From contig NC_043019.1 of NCBI RefSeq assembly GCF_006345805.1, positions 26,473,360 through 26,537,359 on the forward strand: a DNA stretch of 64,000 nt. Direction: 5' to 3'. The stretch comes from Octopus sinensis. Taxonomy: Eukaryota. Both the position numbers and the translations under genes were made by a program. A model generated the notes under the pieces. The model searched no databases. It had not been told where the DNA came from and worked only from the letters and a program-made list of their open reading frames with translations. This document shows, in pieces, positions 41,501 to 55,400 of the stretch. Each line of letters starts with the position of its first letter. The first letter of the stretch is position 1.

Positions 41501-44500
41501 AAGGGATCAAGGTATATAAGGATATTGCCCTTCCTACTATGACCAAACCATTGAAAGTAAATGTCACTTTACCTTGGGACTCCTTTGTTAAGACCTTCAA
41601 GAAGGACACAGGCTTTGCATACGGGTTGGCTGGACATGAAATGACATCGGCTGCATGTTCCTGCAAAAACAGAGTGTCACAGGTTGTTATTGCTGTTGTT
41701 GTTGCAAAAAGAATTTTATAAATATATAACAAACTGGTTTGTTTTTAAATTGCTGTGTGTGGTGAGGACGCATGATGCCCCAGGGTGTTTTTGTACATTT
41801 TTGAAACAAGAATTGGAAACAAAAGCTGAAGAGGGCATGGGACCGAAGTGATGAAAGTTGAGTACTTTGACATGTGGCACCATGTTGCAGGGAATAAACT
41901 ACACCACATGTGTGTCTGACTGACTCAGTTCAATTCCCAAGTGCCTAAATAAAGCTGAGAATACAGGGACTTCAATCATTTTACAGGAATACATCATTAA
42001 TGTTTTAACATTCACTTTTCCATGCAGGCATGGATACGGCTGGATGCTTTTCTCTCCAAACCTCACTTGAGATTCCAAGGCAGCATTTCCCCCACTTGCC
42101 CTTCACAACAAGTAGCCAAACTGGGATTCATCCAAAAGATATTTGAATTAGAGTTATTTGACAAGATGCTTAGCTCAGAAATGAGGGAGTCTCTCAAAGT
42201 CGAGCTATTACTCCTCCTCATTGAGAGGTCACAGCTCTAGTATTGCGTACATGTACTGTATTTTAACATGTATAAGGAACCCCCTAATTTTTGGGGCTTA
42301 AAATCTGGAAAAAAAGGTTTTATAAGGTATTATGATACTATCCATTATAAGAAACACCCATGTTTTTTAAACCTAATTTTGACAAAAAAGGGTTCCTTAT
42401 ACACGTTAAAATACGGTAATTAGAATGTTGCATGAAGAATTGTAAGACATATTCTTCAAGGCAAACCAATTGGCAGGGGGCCTAGGGGTTGACCAAGAAT
42501 ATGATGGTGGGATAATATCCATAGCCTCAGCTGGTTTCTCTTGGGCTTCCAACCAGAAAGTCTGAAGAGGGTTGTTTCTGATAAGGCCCCCAAGAGAAGG
42601 TGCCAGAGGACTCAACCCCCATGGTCCTTCCCATGAATTGATGGATGTCAGTTCACACAAATTCAAGACATATACTCTTAAGAGAGAGACAGCAGAGGTG
42701 TCAACCCAGCAAGACAGGGAAGATCTGCTGTAGAGGATCCGGATCCAAATACACCCTTTGTTAGAATATAGTAAATTAGGAGGCTTAATGGAATGGTCAG
42801 AAGACCAAGATGTGAGAGGATGGGGTGGTGACGAATAAAAATTAAATTACAGCAAAATGGTGATAGGTTTACTCACTTTGGACTGGAAGTTTTATCTGTT
42901 TCTTAATAGCAAGACTTTCTCCAGAATGGATGATATCTGAGTTAAAGATAACACTCTATAAATATATTTATAACACGAGATGTAAGAAGATAAATATATC
43001 ATTAACATTTTAATGTCCACTTTTCCATGCTCTCATGGGTCAGAGGGAATTTGTTGAAGTGGATTTTCTACAGCTGGATGCTCTTCTTGTCACTAACCTT
43101 CACCTGTTTCCAAGTAAGGTAATATTTCCCCATGGCCAGACATGTCTTCATGAAGGACACGACTTGCACAACAGAGACATTCATTTACAATCATCATATA
43201 AAGCCAAATCAAGAAGACAGTAACACACACACACTCGACAGGCTTTGATGTTTCGAGCCTAAGCTCTTCAACAGAAAGGATTAAAAGGGAAAAAAAACAG
43301 AGAGAGAGAAAGTGTTTGGGGATGAAACATGATGAAATGGCCAGAAAAAAGAGGCTGCCAACCAAATCCACTTGCAAAGCTTTGTTTTGTCAGCCCTGGG
43401 CCAACTTAGAAGACACTTGTTCCAGGTGCCATGCTGTGGGACTGAACTCAGAAACATGCGATTCGGAAGCAAACTTTTAACCGCACAGTAATGCCTGCAT
43501 TTCCACAGGCCTCTTTTTTCTGGCCATTTCATCATGTTCCATCCCAAAACACTTTATCTCTCTCTCTGTTTTTTTTCCCTTTTAATCCTTTCTGTTGAAG
43601 AGCTTAGGCTCGAAACATCAAAGACATTTCCATTTTTCCTGAGTGTTAAACTAATACACCTGCTTGTTGTTCTTTCACCCGTCTTCATCATTTGTTTTCT
43701 GTAAATTTGAACTATACATATGTATACGTACTTTATCAAATAAAAACGAGATGGTCACAGCTGGCACACTTTGGATCATATGCCAGTCTACTGGATCAGG
43801 ACTGACCTAGGACCAATTAACAACTTTAATAAAATCTTACTCACCAATAATTGAGCTGGGTCGAATGATTTCTAGGTCCTTGATATATGCACGAGCAAAA
43901 CCCCTGAATAAAGAAAATAGAATAAAAACAAAATGAATTAATTCAATATTTATTTATAAAAAAACCCCCAAAACTTACAGTTTTTGTCTGACTCAATTTT
44001 CTAAATATTTATCTGGTTTTATCTAAGAAGGAAGAGTGGAACATCTGACCATTTTTCAGGGACTCTTAGCCTGGTTAAGGTGAAGTTATCCTCAGGCTGG
44101 AAATCTAATTCCTCAGCTTGAAAAAGTAGGAGATTTAGTTGAAGGGGGGGCTATGGACCAAAAGGTGGTGGTTAAATGATAGCTTTAACCCCTTAGCATT
44201 CACATTACTTTGTCAAATGTAAGACTTATTTATTTATTCCCATTGTTTTGAATTATCTGATAGTTTCAAGATTTTGACGGTGATTGTTTATTTTTAGAAT
44301 GACATTGTAGGGTAGGTGTGAGAGGCTGGATTTGGCCAGTTTGAAGATAAAACAAGCACAATATTTAGGCCCAGATATAGTTGGTTTAAATACTAAAAGG
44401 TTAGTCTATCACCCAAAAAGCAGGAATTGTCCTTCCAAAGAGTTTCCTTTCATTAAATTTCCTCTAAAAAGTTTCCATCAGCCTGGGGTTACAAGTAGAA

Positions 44501-47500
44501 GACATATCCCTAAGGTGCTGTCCCAGGGATTGAACATGAAACCCCACTATCATCATAAACATTCCATGTTCCCTTTACCATGCTTCCATGGGTCAGACGG
44601 AGTTTATTGAGACGGATTTTCTAAAACAGCCGGATGCCTTCCCTGTCACTGACTCTTTCGCCACAACTTTCTCTCACTCTTTCCCCTGCATCTAGCAGCT
44701 CACCTGAGATGGACTGGCATCCCATCCAGGTGATTAACCTATACACCAATGAAACCGGCCCTTATGAGACAGACATGGCTTGAGAAGGAACAAACACACG
44801 CTATCCCAGTTGCAACCCAACCCAAATAACTGAGAATCCATACAAGCAGAGTGGACAACAGGTGGAATATTGATTTCACACTTTGGCACAAGGCCACTAA
44901 CTTCAACGGAGAGTGATAGTCCAGTACTCAATTGGTACTTATTTTATTCATCTTGAAAGGATGAAAGCAAAATCAACCTTGATGGAGTTTGAACTCAGAA
45001 TATAAAGATTAGCAGCATTTTGCCCAGAGTGCTAACGATTCTGCCAGCTCATTGTCTCAAGAAATACTGAGTTAAAGGACCATTTGTTATTTCTTTATTG
45101 CCCACAAGGGGCTAAACATAGAGGGGACAAACAAGGACAGACAAAGGGATTAAGTCGATTACATTGACCCCAGTTCGTAACTGGTACTTAATTTATCGAC
45201 CCAGAAAGGATGAAAGGCAAATTCGACCTCGGCGAAATTTGAACTCAGAATGTAACGGTAGACAAAATACCGCTAAGCATTTCACCCGGCGTGCTAATGT
45301 TTTTGCCAGCTCACCTGAATTAAAGAACCGTTTGTGTTGATGACTTACCTGTAGGCATTGGGAGAGTATATACACTCAGTGGAGAAGTAATCCAGTTTCT
45401 TAAAGTAAGCATACCTGAATGGAACAAAGGTAGACAATTATTAGTTATTTTATTATTTTTGTAATCAAATCAGTTATTTACTAATTAATTCAATGAATTA
45501 ATCATTTCAGTAATGAAGTTAGTTATTTGAATAGGCATGAAGAGCATCATTCCAGTGTGGTTGATGCCAGTAAGAGAGAAGAAAGAGGAGCATTCCGCCA
45601 GTTATGACAACGAGGGTCTCAGCTGATACGATCAACAGAACAGCTTGCTTGTGAAATTAACGTGCAAGTGGTTGAGCACTCCACAGACATGTGTACCCAT
45701 CGCATAATTCTCAGGGAGGTTCAGCATGACACAGAGTGTGACAAGGCTGGCCCTTTGAAATACAGGTACTACTCATTTTTGCCAGCTGAGTGGACTCGAG
45801 CAACGTGAAATAAAGTGCCTTGCTCAAGGACGCAACGTGTCGCCGGGAATTGAACTCACAACCTTATGATTGTAAGCCGATTGCTCTAACCACTAAGCCA
45901 CAATGCCAGTACTGACCTACTGTTTCTCGTGCCAGTTGCATGTAAAAAGTACCCACTACACTCTCGGAGTGGTTGGCATTAGGAAGGGCAGCCAGCTGTA
46001 GAAACCTTGCCAGATCAGATTGGAGCCTGGTGCAGCCTCCTGGCTTGCCAGCCCTCAGTCAAACCATCCAACACATGCCAGCATGGAAAGCGGATGTTGA
46101 ATGATGATGATGATGTGGCTGTGTGGTAAGAAGCTTGTTCCCCAACCACATGATTCCGGGTTCAGTCCCACTACATGGCTCCTTGGGCAAGTGTCTTCTA
46201 CAAAAGCCCTGGACCAACCAAACTCTTGTGAGGGGATTTGGTAGACGGAAACTGAAAGAAGCCTGTCATATATATATATATATTTATGTGAGTGGGTGTC
46301 TTTGTGTCTGTGTTTGACCCCCACCATTGCTTGACAACCGATGTTAGTGTGGTTATGTCCCTGAAACTTAACGGTTTGGCAAAAGCAACCGATAGAATAA
46401 GTACTAGGCTTACAAAGAATGACATTATTTACACTTGATGGGTATTTGTCCCCATCTTGTTTGTTGCTAACACAATGTTTCGGCTGATATACCCTCCAGC
46501 CTTCATCAGGTGTCTTGGGAAAATTTCAAACTTGGATTCTCATTCCTAAGGTAGTGATGTAGTGGTTAAGGGCACAGACTACTAACCCCAAGATTCTGAG
46601 TTCAATTCCAAGCAGTGACCTGAATAATAATAATAACATTGAAAAATACTTTAGGAAAGAGAACCCAGGTTCAAAATTTCCCCAAGACACCTGATGAAGG
46701 CTGGAGGGTATATCAGCTGAAATATTGTGTTAACAACAAACAAGATGAGGACAAATATCCGTCAAATGTAAATAATATCGCCCTACCAGCATATACAGCT
46801 GGAGGGATATTGAGATCATTAATGGATGATCTGGTCTCTCTTAAGTCAACATCGGGATCCTATCCAGAAGAAATACAACATGACACCTTGGGCAGATTGG
46901 AACACATGACCTATGAGCAGGTAGTCCAATACCTTCGCCACTGGGCCAGCTCACCTTTCACACAAAAAACTGGTAGAATTAAGTGGTGGTGGTGATGCTG
47001 CTGCTGCACCGCCGCCGCAACAACCACCACCCTCCTCCCCCTCACTGCACAATGAAATGTCATATCATTGGATTTGAACCTCAGAAGCATGACTTAACAC
47101 TCCATTACTCTATCCACTTATATTCTGATTGATTAGTCAGAGAAACAAGAGAAGAATCCATGCCCTTCAGAGTTAAAGTTAAGATCAAAGCATTTAATCT
47201 GGTGCTTTACTATTTTAGGCAAGTCATAAGATTAAAAAGTTACGACTGTCTTAAAATGTTTAGTCTTGGCTTAATCCTATGACGCCATGCAACAGTTTTA
47301 GTTCAAAATGTTATGCAATGGCTCAGTGTTAAGATGTATAATAATCTCAGTCTTCAGATGTTACACAAGCCTTAGTCTTAAGATGTATGACAGCCTTAGT
47401 CTTAAGATGTATAATAGGTCTTATTTGATAACTTTGTCCTAAGATGTTAAGCAATGACTGTTATGTAATGACAATATTTAAAAAATGTTCTGAAATGGCT

Positions 47501-50500
47501 TACATGACAATCTCCTTTTCATAGGTGTATTTCAGAGGTTTACAACGTGGTAGCATTCCTTCAGAAGCCTAAAAAAAAAAAAAAAATGGAGAAGAATATA
47601 GCAGTGGTTTAACCTTGTAAGATCATTAGGACATCCTGCTGGCTAGTTTGGCATTAGGAAGAAGACATGGCCAATGTCTGCAAAATGATACTCATTTTAT
47701 GTGAATTGAGACACAATTTTTTTTTGTTACATCATCATCATCATCATCGTTTAACGTCTGCTTTCCATGCTAGAATGGGTTGGACGATTTGACTGAGGAC
47801 TGGCAAACCAGATGGCTGCACCAGGCTCCAATCTGATCTGGCAGAGTTTCTACAGCTGGGTGCCCTTCCTAACGCCAACCACTCCGAGAGTGTAGTGGGT
47901 GCTTTTATGGGCCACCGGTACAAGGGCCAGTCAGGCAATACTGGCAATGGCCATACTCAAATGGTGATTTTTACGTGCCACCTGCACAGGAGCCAGTCCA
48001 GCGGCACTGGCAACAACCTCGCTCGAATGTTTTTTTCACATGCCACTGGCACAAGTGCCAATAAGGTGACGCTGGTAACGATCATGCTCGAATGGTGCTT
48101 TTTACATGCCACCGACACGGAAGCCAGTTAGCCGCTCTGGCAACGATCACACTCGGATGGTGCTCTTAGCGCTCCACTAGCACCGATGCCAGTCATCGAA
48201 TTTGATAACACCCTTATCTTTTTTTGTTACTCATAAAAGAGTTCTGTTTTCTTTAGTGAGGAAGAATCAGTTTATTTTCCCCCAAAGAGTTAATCAACAG
48301 CTAGAGCATTAATTAGTAAATTGTGGTCTGAGAGTCACATGCAGCTTGCAGGGCTTTCTCAATGGCACACCTTATGTAAAGTGACCTTGAAACTCTTTTT
48401 AGCAGTGTGGCTTGTCTGATGATGAGTCACATCTCATGTGGCCTACATCTTGAAAAAGGATCTCCATGCCTGACTCAGAGTCCAAACCATTGTGCAAATC
48501 CATTTCTACATCACCTCCCCAGGTAAACATAACTCCAAAGATAAACTTACTTAAAAAAAGACATCCTTAAAGTTTTAATTAGACTTATAATAATTAATTA
48601 GTAACATAGACACAAGGCCAGACATTTGATAGGGAAGAGGTTAGTTCATTAAATCATAATACTCGATTGGTGCTTTATAGATGCTGAAAGGATGAAAAAC
48701 AAAGTTGATCTCAACAGGATTTGAACTCAGAATCTAAACAGAATGAAACAAGAAGTCATGCGATGCCTGAGCTTAAACAGGATCACATTAATTATTAAAG
48801 AGTGAAATAATGGCAGTAAACTCACCGTGGTGATTGCTGTACAGCGAGAAAGCCGAGATATGTCTCCTCGTAAAACTACAATAGAAAATAGAAATAGACG
48901 ACTTTGTCAAGTCTCCAGCATGGCCACAGTCTAATGACTCAAAACAAATAAAAGATGGAAGATTATAATAATGAAATTATTGTATACAGTGCTCAGGTGC
49001 AATACAACTTGTCAAAAGTGCATATAAAATATATGCAGTAATGTATAAATGTCTGGAAAGTGAACAATGTATAAGTCAGATAAATGCTTGTGTGTGTATG
49101 CAGGGGAGAAAATCAGGTGTAGTGTTGGCGAATCTCAGGAAGCATGGAAGTTTTGAAGGATGCAAATTAACTGAAACAAACGAAATGGATTCCAACAGAA
49201 ATACGGCAATGAAAAGGTAAAAACAAGACTGCATGAACAATAGGATTTAAATTCATAGATTTTTTTGTTGTTGTTGTTGTGGTTTAAAAACAGGGAGAAG
49301 AGAAAAAACATAAGAGGCACAGGAGTGGCTGTGTGGTAAGTAGCTTGCTTACCAACCACACGGTTCCGGGTTCAGTCCCATTGCGTGGCACCTTGGGCAA
49401 GTGTCTTCAACTATAGCCTCGGGCCGACCAAAGCCTTGTGAGTGGATTTGGTAGACGGAAACTGGAAAGAAGCCAGTTGTATATATGTATGTATGTATGT
49501 GTGTTTGTCCCCACCAATATCACTTGACAAACGATGTTGGTGTGTTCATGTCCCCGTAACTTAGCGGTTCGGCAAAAGAGACCGATAGAATAAGTACTAG
49601 GCTTACAAAGAACAAGTCCTGGGGTCGATTTCCTCGACTAAAGGTGGTGCTCCAGCATGGCCTCAGTCAAATGACTAAAACAAGTAAAAGAGTATAACCA
49701 ACCAAATGTTATAAGTAGTTAAAAGGATGAACTTTATAAGAAGCTGTTGATGAGCTCAGGAGTTTCTTTTGAATTTTCTTTGGTGGTTTCACTAGTGTCA
49801 GTGTTACATAAAAAGCACCCAGCCACACCCTGTAAAGTGGTTGGCATTAGGAAGGGCATCCAGCTGTGGAAACCATGCCAAAACATGCAGTGGAGCTGGT
49901 CACAGTCCTCTGGTTTGCTGGCCCCTGCTGAACAATCCAGCCCATGCCTTGCATGGAAATACATGGCAAAGGGACATTAAATCATCAATTAATATCTGTT
50001 TTCCATGCTGGCATGGGTTGGACTGTTTGACAGAAGCTGACCAGCTGAAGGGCAGTTCAGGCCCCTGGTTCGTTTTGGCATGGTTTCCTGATGCCAACCA
50101 CTCTACAGAGTGTACTGGGTGCTTTTACGCAACACTGGCATGGGTGCTTTTTAACGTGGTACCAGCACCTATGAGCCCACAAAATTAGGGATGCTCAGCT
50201 GGGGAGGGCTGCAGGGGATGAGCCTGTATGTAAGGACAACCACACTTTTACTTAGCTCGATGTGTCTTTTCAAGTACAGCATATTTGTGTGTGTGTGTGT
50301 GGTTTTTATTCATTTAATGTCCATTTTCCTTCCCTGCTACAAGGGCCAGGCAATGGTTTATTTGAGGCAGGATTCTATGCCTAGTTGCTCTGTCCAGCTT
50401 TTCAAGTAAAAGATTCTTTTCATTTCACTTGGGCAGAAATCATCATCATCATTGTTTAACGTCCGTTTTCCATGCTAGCATGGGGTGGACGGTTCGACCC

Positions 50501-51320
50501 GGGTCTGGGAAGCCAGGAGGCTGCACCAGGCTCCAGTCTGATCTGGCAGTATTTCTACAGCTGGATGCCCTTCCTAACACCAACCACTCCGTGAGTATAG
50601 TGGGTGCTTTTTATGTGCCAAGCAAGGCTGGCAACAGCCACGATCGGTTGGTGCTTTTTATGTGCCACCGGCACAGGGACCACAACTACAATTTCCACTT
50701 GATTTTTTGATGTTGATGTACTTGACTCAATAGGTCTCCTCAAGCATACACACACACACATATATATAAGTATATATATATATATGTGTATATATATGTA
50801 TATATATATATATATGTAAATGAGTTGTCAAAATGCCACCATGGAATGTAACTACCATCACCATTTCCCTTGGCCAGTGACAAGCAGTTGTGCAATGTCA
50901 GCAGCCATGCACATTCACAAATGCATATGTCCTGTACACCAATTATATTTTCACCAACATAAACACACGAAACAAGCTTACTTAATTCACCCACAAAATG
51001 TAAGTCAGCGTGGGGCTATAGCAGAAGACACACTTGCTTATGGCACCATTTAACAAGACCAAATTCCAAGCTAAATATCCATGCCTCTATCTTATATGCA
51101 TGTATGTATGTATGTATATAAATATAAGAAGAATTCACAATAAAACAAAAGATGAAGACAGGTGGTGTAGACAACAAACAGATGTATTAGTATAATGCTT
51201 GGGAAGTGTAAGAGTCTTTAATGTTTTGAGCCTATGCTCTTCAGCAGAAAGAAACAAGGAAAGAAAATAAAGAACGTGTAGTGACTAGCGAGATATATAT
51301 ATATATATATATATATGTGA

Positions 51321-51410
<90 letters not shown>

Positions 51411-51441
51411 GTGTGTGTGTATATATGTGTGTGTGTGTATG

Positions 51442-51488
<47 letters not shown>

Positions 51489-51900
51489 GTGTGTGTGTGT
51501 GCATGTATAAAGAGAAAGAAAGGGAGAGAAGGGTGGAGAGAGAGAGAGAGAGGCAGAGAGGTGCAACATGAAGAAACTCACCATTCATAATAACAGTCTC
51601 TGCAATGTCATCAGCATTGTGACCTTTAGAAAAGAAATTGGAGCTGAATTATGGTAAATATTTAGATAGAATGACACAGTGGTATAAGGTGGGAGTGGGA
51701 GAATGAAGAATACAGGACTCTCATCTCATTTGAAATCTGCTCACACAGTTACATATACACGTGTGTGCCTAATACACAAGCAAACAAGCATCAATGAATG
51801 ATTAAAAGAGAGAAAAAAAAAAACTCTGCTGTCAATGCATGAAGTATATATATTGACACTGTTTATATAAACAATCTTAGCAGTTGCTTTATAAAATATA

Positions 51901-51933
<33 letters not shown>

Positions 51934-52377
51934 ATGCACAATGGCCCAGTGGTTAGGGCAGCGGGCTTGCGGTTGAGCGAAAACACCTAAAGCTCCACAA
52001 GGCTCCGGTAGGGGGGTGGTGGCAATTCCTGCTGTACTATTTCACCACAACTTTCTCTCACTCTTTCTTCTTAGCCAGCGGGGTGGTGTCATTTGAAGGC
52101 TAAAACAATGCGAAGCGCATTGTGACCAGCAATGTGTAACAACAACCGATAGCCTGGTCAGTCATGGTGATCATGATATATATATATATATATATATAAG
52201 GAATTTATGTCTAATGACATAGTATAATAGGTATTTATAAGTTCTTGGTTTGGTGCACCACTAAAACATTTGCTTGAACTCCAATTTAAGCAAAGGTGGA
52301 GCTGAAGCTGTCGAACAAAGATGGCAAGAAGTGGTCTGTCATTGAACAGGTGTGTGTATGTATATACATATATATAC

Positions 52378-52412
<35 letters not shown>

Positions 52413-55400
52413 GTGTGGCTGTGTGGTAAGAAGCTTGTTTCCCATCCACATGGTTCCGGCTTCAATCCCACTGCGTGGCACCTTGGGCAAGTGTCTTCTA
52501 CTATAGCCCCGGGCTGACCAAAGCCTTGTGAGTGGATGTAGTGGATGGAAACTGAAAGAAGGTTGTCATCATCATCGTCGTCGTCTAACGTCCGTTTTCC
52601 ATGCTGGCATGGGTTGGAAGGTTTGACTGAGGTCTAGCAAGCCAGTGGCTGCACAAGGCTCCAGCCTGATCTGTCAATGTTTCTACAGCTGGATGCCCTT
52701 CCTAACACCAACCACTCCGAGAGTGTAGTGGGTGCATATTTGTGTGTATCTGTGATTGTCACCCCCACCATTGCTTGACAACCGATGTTGGTGTGCTTAC
52801 GTCCCTGTAACTTAGCAGTTCGGCAAAAGAGACCAATAGAATAAGTACTAGGCTTATAAAGAATAAGTCCTGGGGTTGATTTGTTTGACTAAAGGCAGTG
52901 CTCCAGCTTGGCCACAGTCAAACGACTGAAACAAGTAAAAGAATATAAATATATATATATATATATAAGTTTCTGGCTTTAAGGGTATTGTGAAAGGCCT
53001 GGTAGGAGGCCCAGCCTTCTGAGCTCTTTAACAGGGCTTAGAAAGACTGAAGGACTGCTGCAATAAGTATGTGAATCTGAGAGGGGAATGCCCAATCTTC
53101 CAAGTTCTTTATACAGGGCTTAGAAAAACTGAAGGACTGCTGCAATAAGTGTGTGAATCTGAGAGGAGAACATGTTGAATAAAATTATAATTAACAGATC
53201 CTCCAGTATTTTCTTCTGCCCCAAACCAGGGACTTTTCAGCACCCCCTCATAACCTCAATACATGGCCACGAACGTTGTAGGAATCTGGGGTCATTTCCA
53301 GATAAACCCCATTTATTAACTTGTACTTCTTTTATCAACCTCACAATAATGGAAAACAAAATCGACCCTGGTGGAGTCTGAACTCATATTTAAAAGCCCA
53401 CACCTCTCACCTATTGAGTGCATTGCAATATTTAATGCTCACCTGTCACAATTTTATCAACCTTCAGCATCATGGCCCCACGATCGAGTGCTTGTCGACG
53501 AAAAACTCCACAAAAGGTACCTGTGAAAATAAACCAACACCATTAACAGCAGCAACAACAACAACACCGAAGTCTTGTATTTCATATTTTAGTCAACATA
53601 CAATGGATATTTTAGAATTACATGACAGCCCCAACAGCCTCCAACATTACCCACCATTTACCATGTCAATGAAGGGGGTCTAACCTGCTAAACATATCAG
53701 CCAAATCTCCTTTAAATCACACTATAATAGCTAGAAAAAAAATAAAAGGACACATTGGATAATGTAACCTTAGGTATATTATGCCTGGATAAAAGATGGG
53801 TTGGTCATGGTTGGAACACCTTTGCCTGGAGCAAAACAACAAAAACACAAAAAATTAGTCTTTTTTAACCCCCACCCACTCTCTCTCCTGTTGGCACCAC
53901 CACCACCATAAATCTTAATATCTGTTGTCATAGTAACCTAAGAATATATTTTTTTTAATTAGTAGTTCTCAACCAGGGTCCATGCAAATAGAATAGTAAA
54001 TTGGGGATCCAAAGCAGAATCTTAAGGGCTCAGGAAACCCCGTTAGGTTTCTTTCTGCATAAGGTAACATGTTCCCGACCAGCAATTCAGCATTTTGAAG
54101 AAGTTCCTATGAAACAAGTTTTTAAACATGAAATGGCTACAGGGGCCCCACTAGAGTAAAAAAACAAAAATGGTTGAGAACCACTGTTTTAACCCTTTAG
54201 CATTCAGATTACTTTCATCATCATCATCATTTAACGTCTGTTTTCCATGCTGGCATGGGTTGGATGGTTCGACTGAGGGCTGGCAAACCAGAAGGCTGCA
54301 CCAGGCTCCAATCTGATCTGGCAAGGTTTCTACAGCTGGATGACCTTCCTAATGCCAACCACTCCAAGAGTGTAGTGGATGCTTTTTACGTGCCACTGGC
54401 ATTGACCACACTCAAATGGTGTTTTTTACGTGCCACCGGCACAGGAGCCAGTCAGGTGGCACTAGCATCAACCATGCTCAAATGGTGCTTTTTACGTACC
54501 ACCGGCACAGGAGCCAGTCAGGTGGCACTAGCATCAACCATGCTCAAATGGTGCTTTTTATGTACCACCGGCACAGGAGCCAGTCAGGTGGCACTAGCAT
54601 CAACCATGCTCAAATGGTGCTTTTTACGTACCACCGGCACAGGAGCCAGTCAGGTGGCACTAGCATCAACCATGCTCAAATGGTGCTTTTTACGTACCAC
54701 CGGCACAGGAGCCAGTCAGGTGGCACTAGCATCAACCATGCTCAAATGGTGCCTTTTACGTACCACCGGCACAGGAACCAGTAGGGTGGCACTGGCATCA
54801 ATCATGCTCAAATGGTGTTTTTTACATGCCACCAGCACAGGAGCTAGTCGGGCGACACTAGCATCAACCATGCTCAAATGGTGTTTTTTACATGCCACTG
54901 GCACAGGAGCCAGTCAGGCGGAACTGGCATCGACCACGCTCAAATGGTGTTTGTTTTACATCAAATGTAATGTTTATATATTCACATTATTTTGAATTAA
55001 TCCTGCATTATGTTGTAACTCCAAGAGTTCAATGATGATTGTTTAGCCTTACATTGTAGGGCAGGTGTGAGGGGCTGGATCTGGCCAGTTTGAACATAAA
55101 GCAGGTTGAATATTTTGGCTGGAAATGGTCAGTTTAGATGCTGAAGGGTTGAACAGAAGAAATGTTTCCAAAAAAGATAAACTCACAATTATTTTTGTTT
55201 CCTGCCGTCTTCACAATGGCATCCATTGTCCACCCGTAAAGTTCCTGTTTGTTTTGGAGAAAAAAAAAAGACAGGAAATACGAAAGGATTAAAGGATCAG
55301 ATAGGTTGGTTGGTGGATGTTAAGTTGCGATGTTCATACCTTTTCCCAATGACATCAACAACATAACTGAAATCAAACTGATGGAGATGCAGACACGTGA

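Noticed and set aside
51241-51590. His/Thr- or Val/Cys/Tyr-rich ORFs
   Set aside because: Microsatellite translations, as with similar ORFs at 17537-17911, 21638-21946, 50740-50994 and 52158-52517.
54255-54995. 246-aa Cys/Thr-rich repeat ORF
   Set aside because: Translation of the 66-bp minisatellite, antisense within a CTU1 intron.
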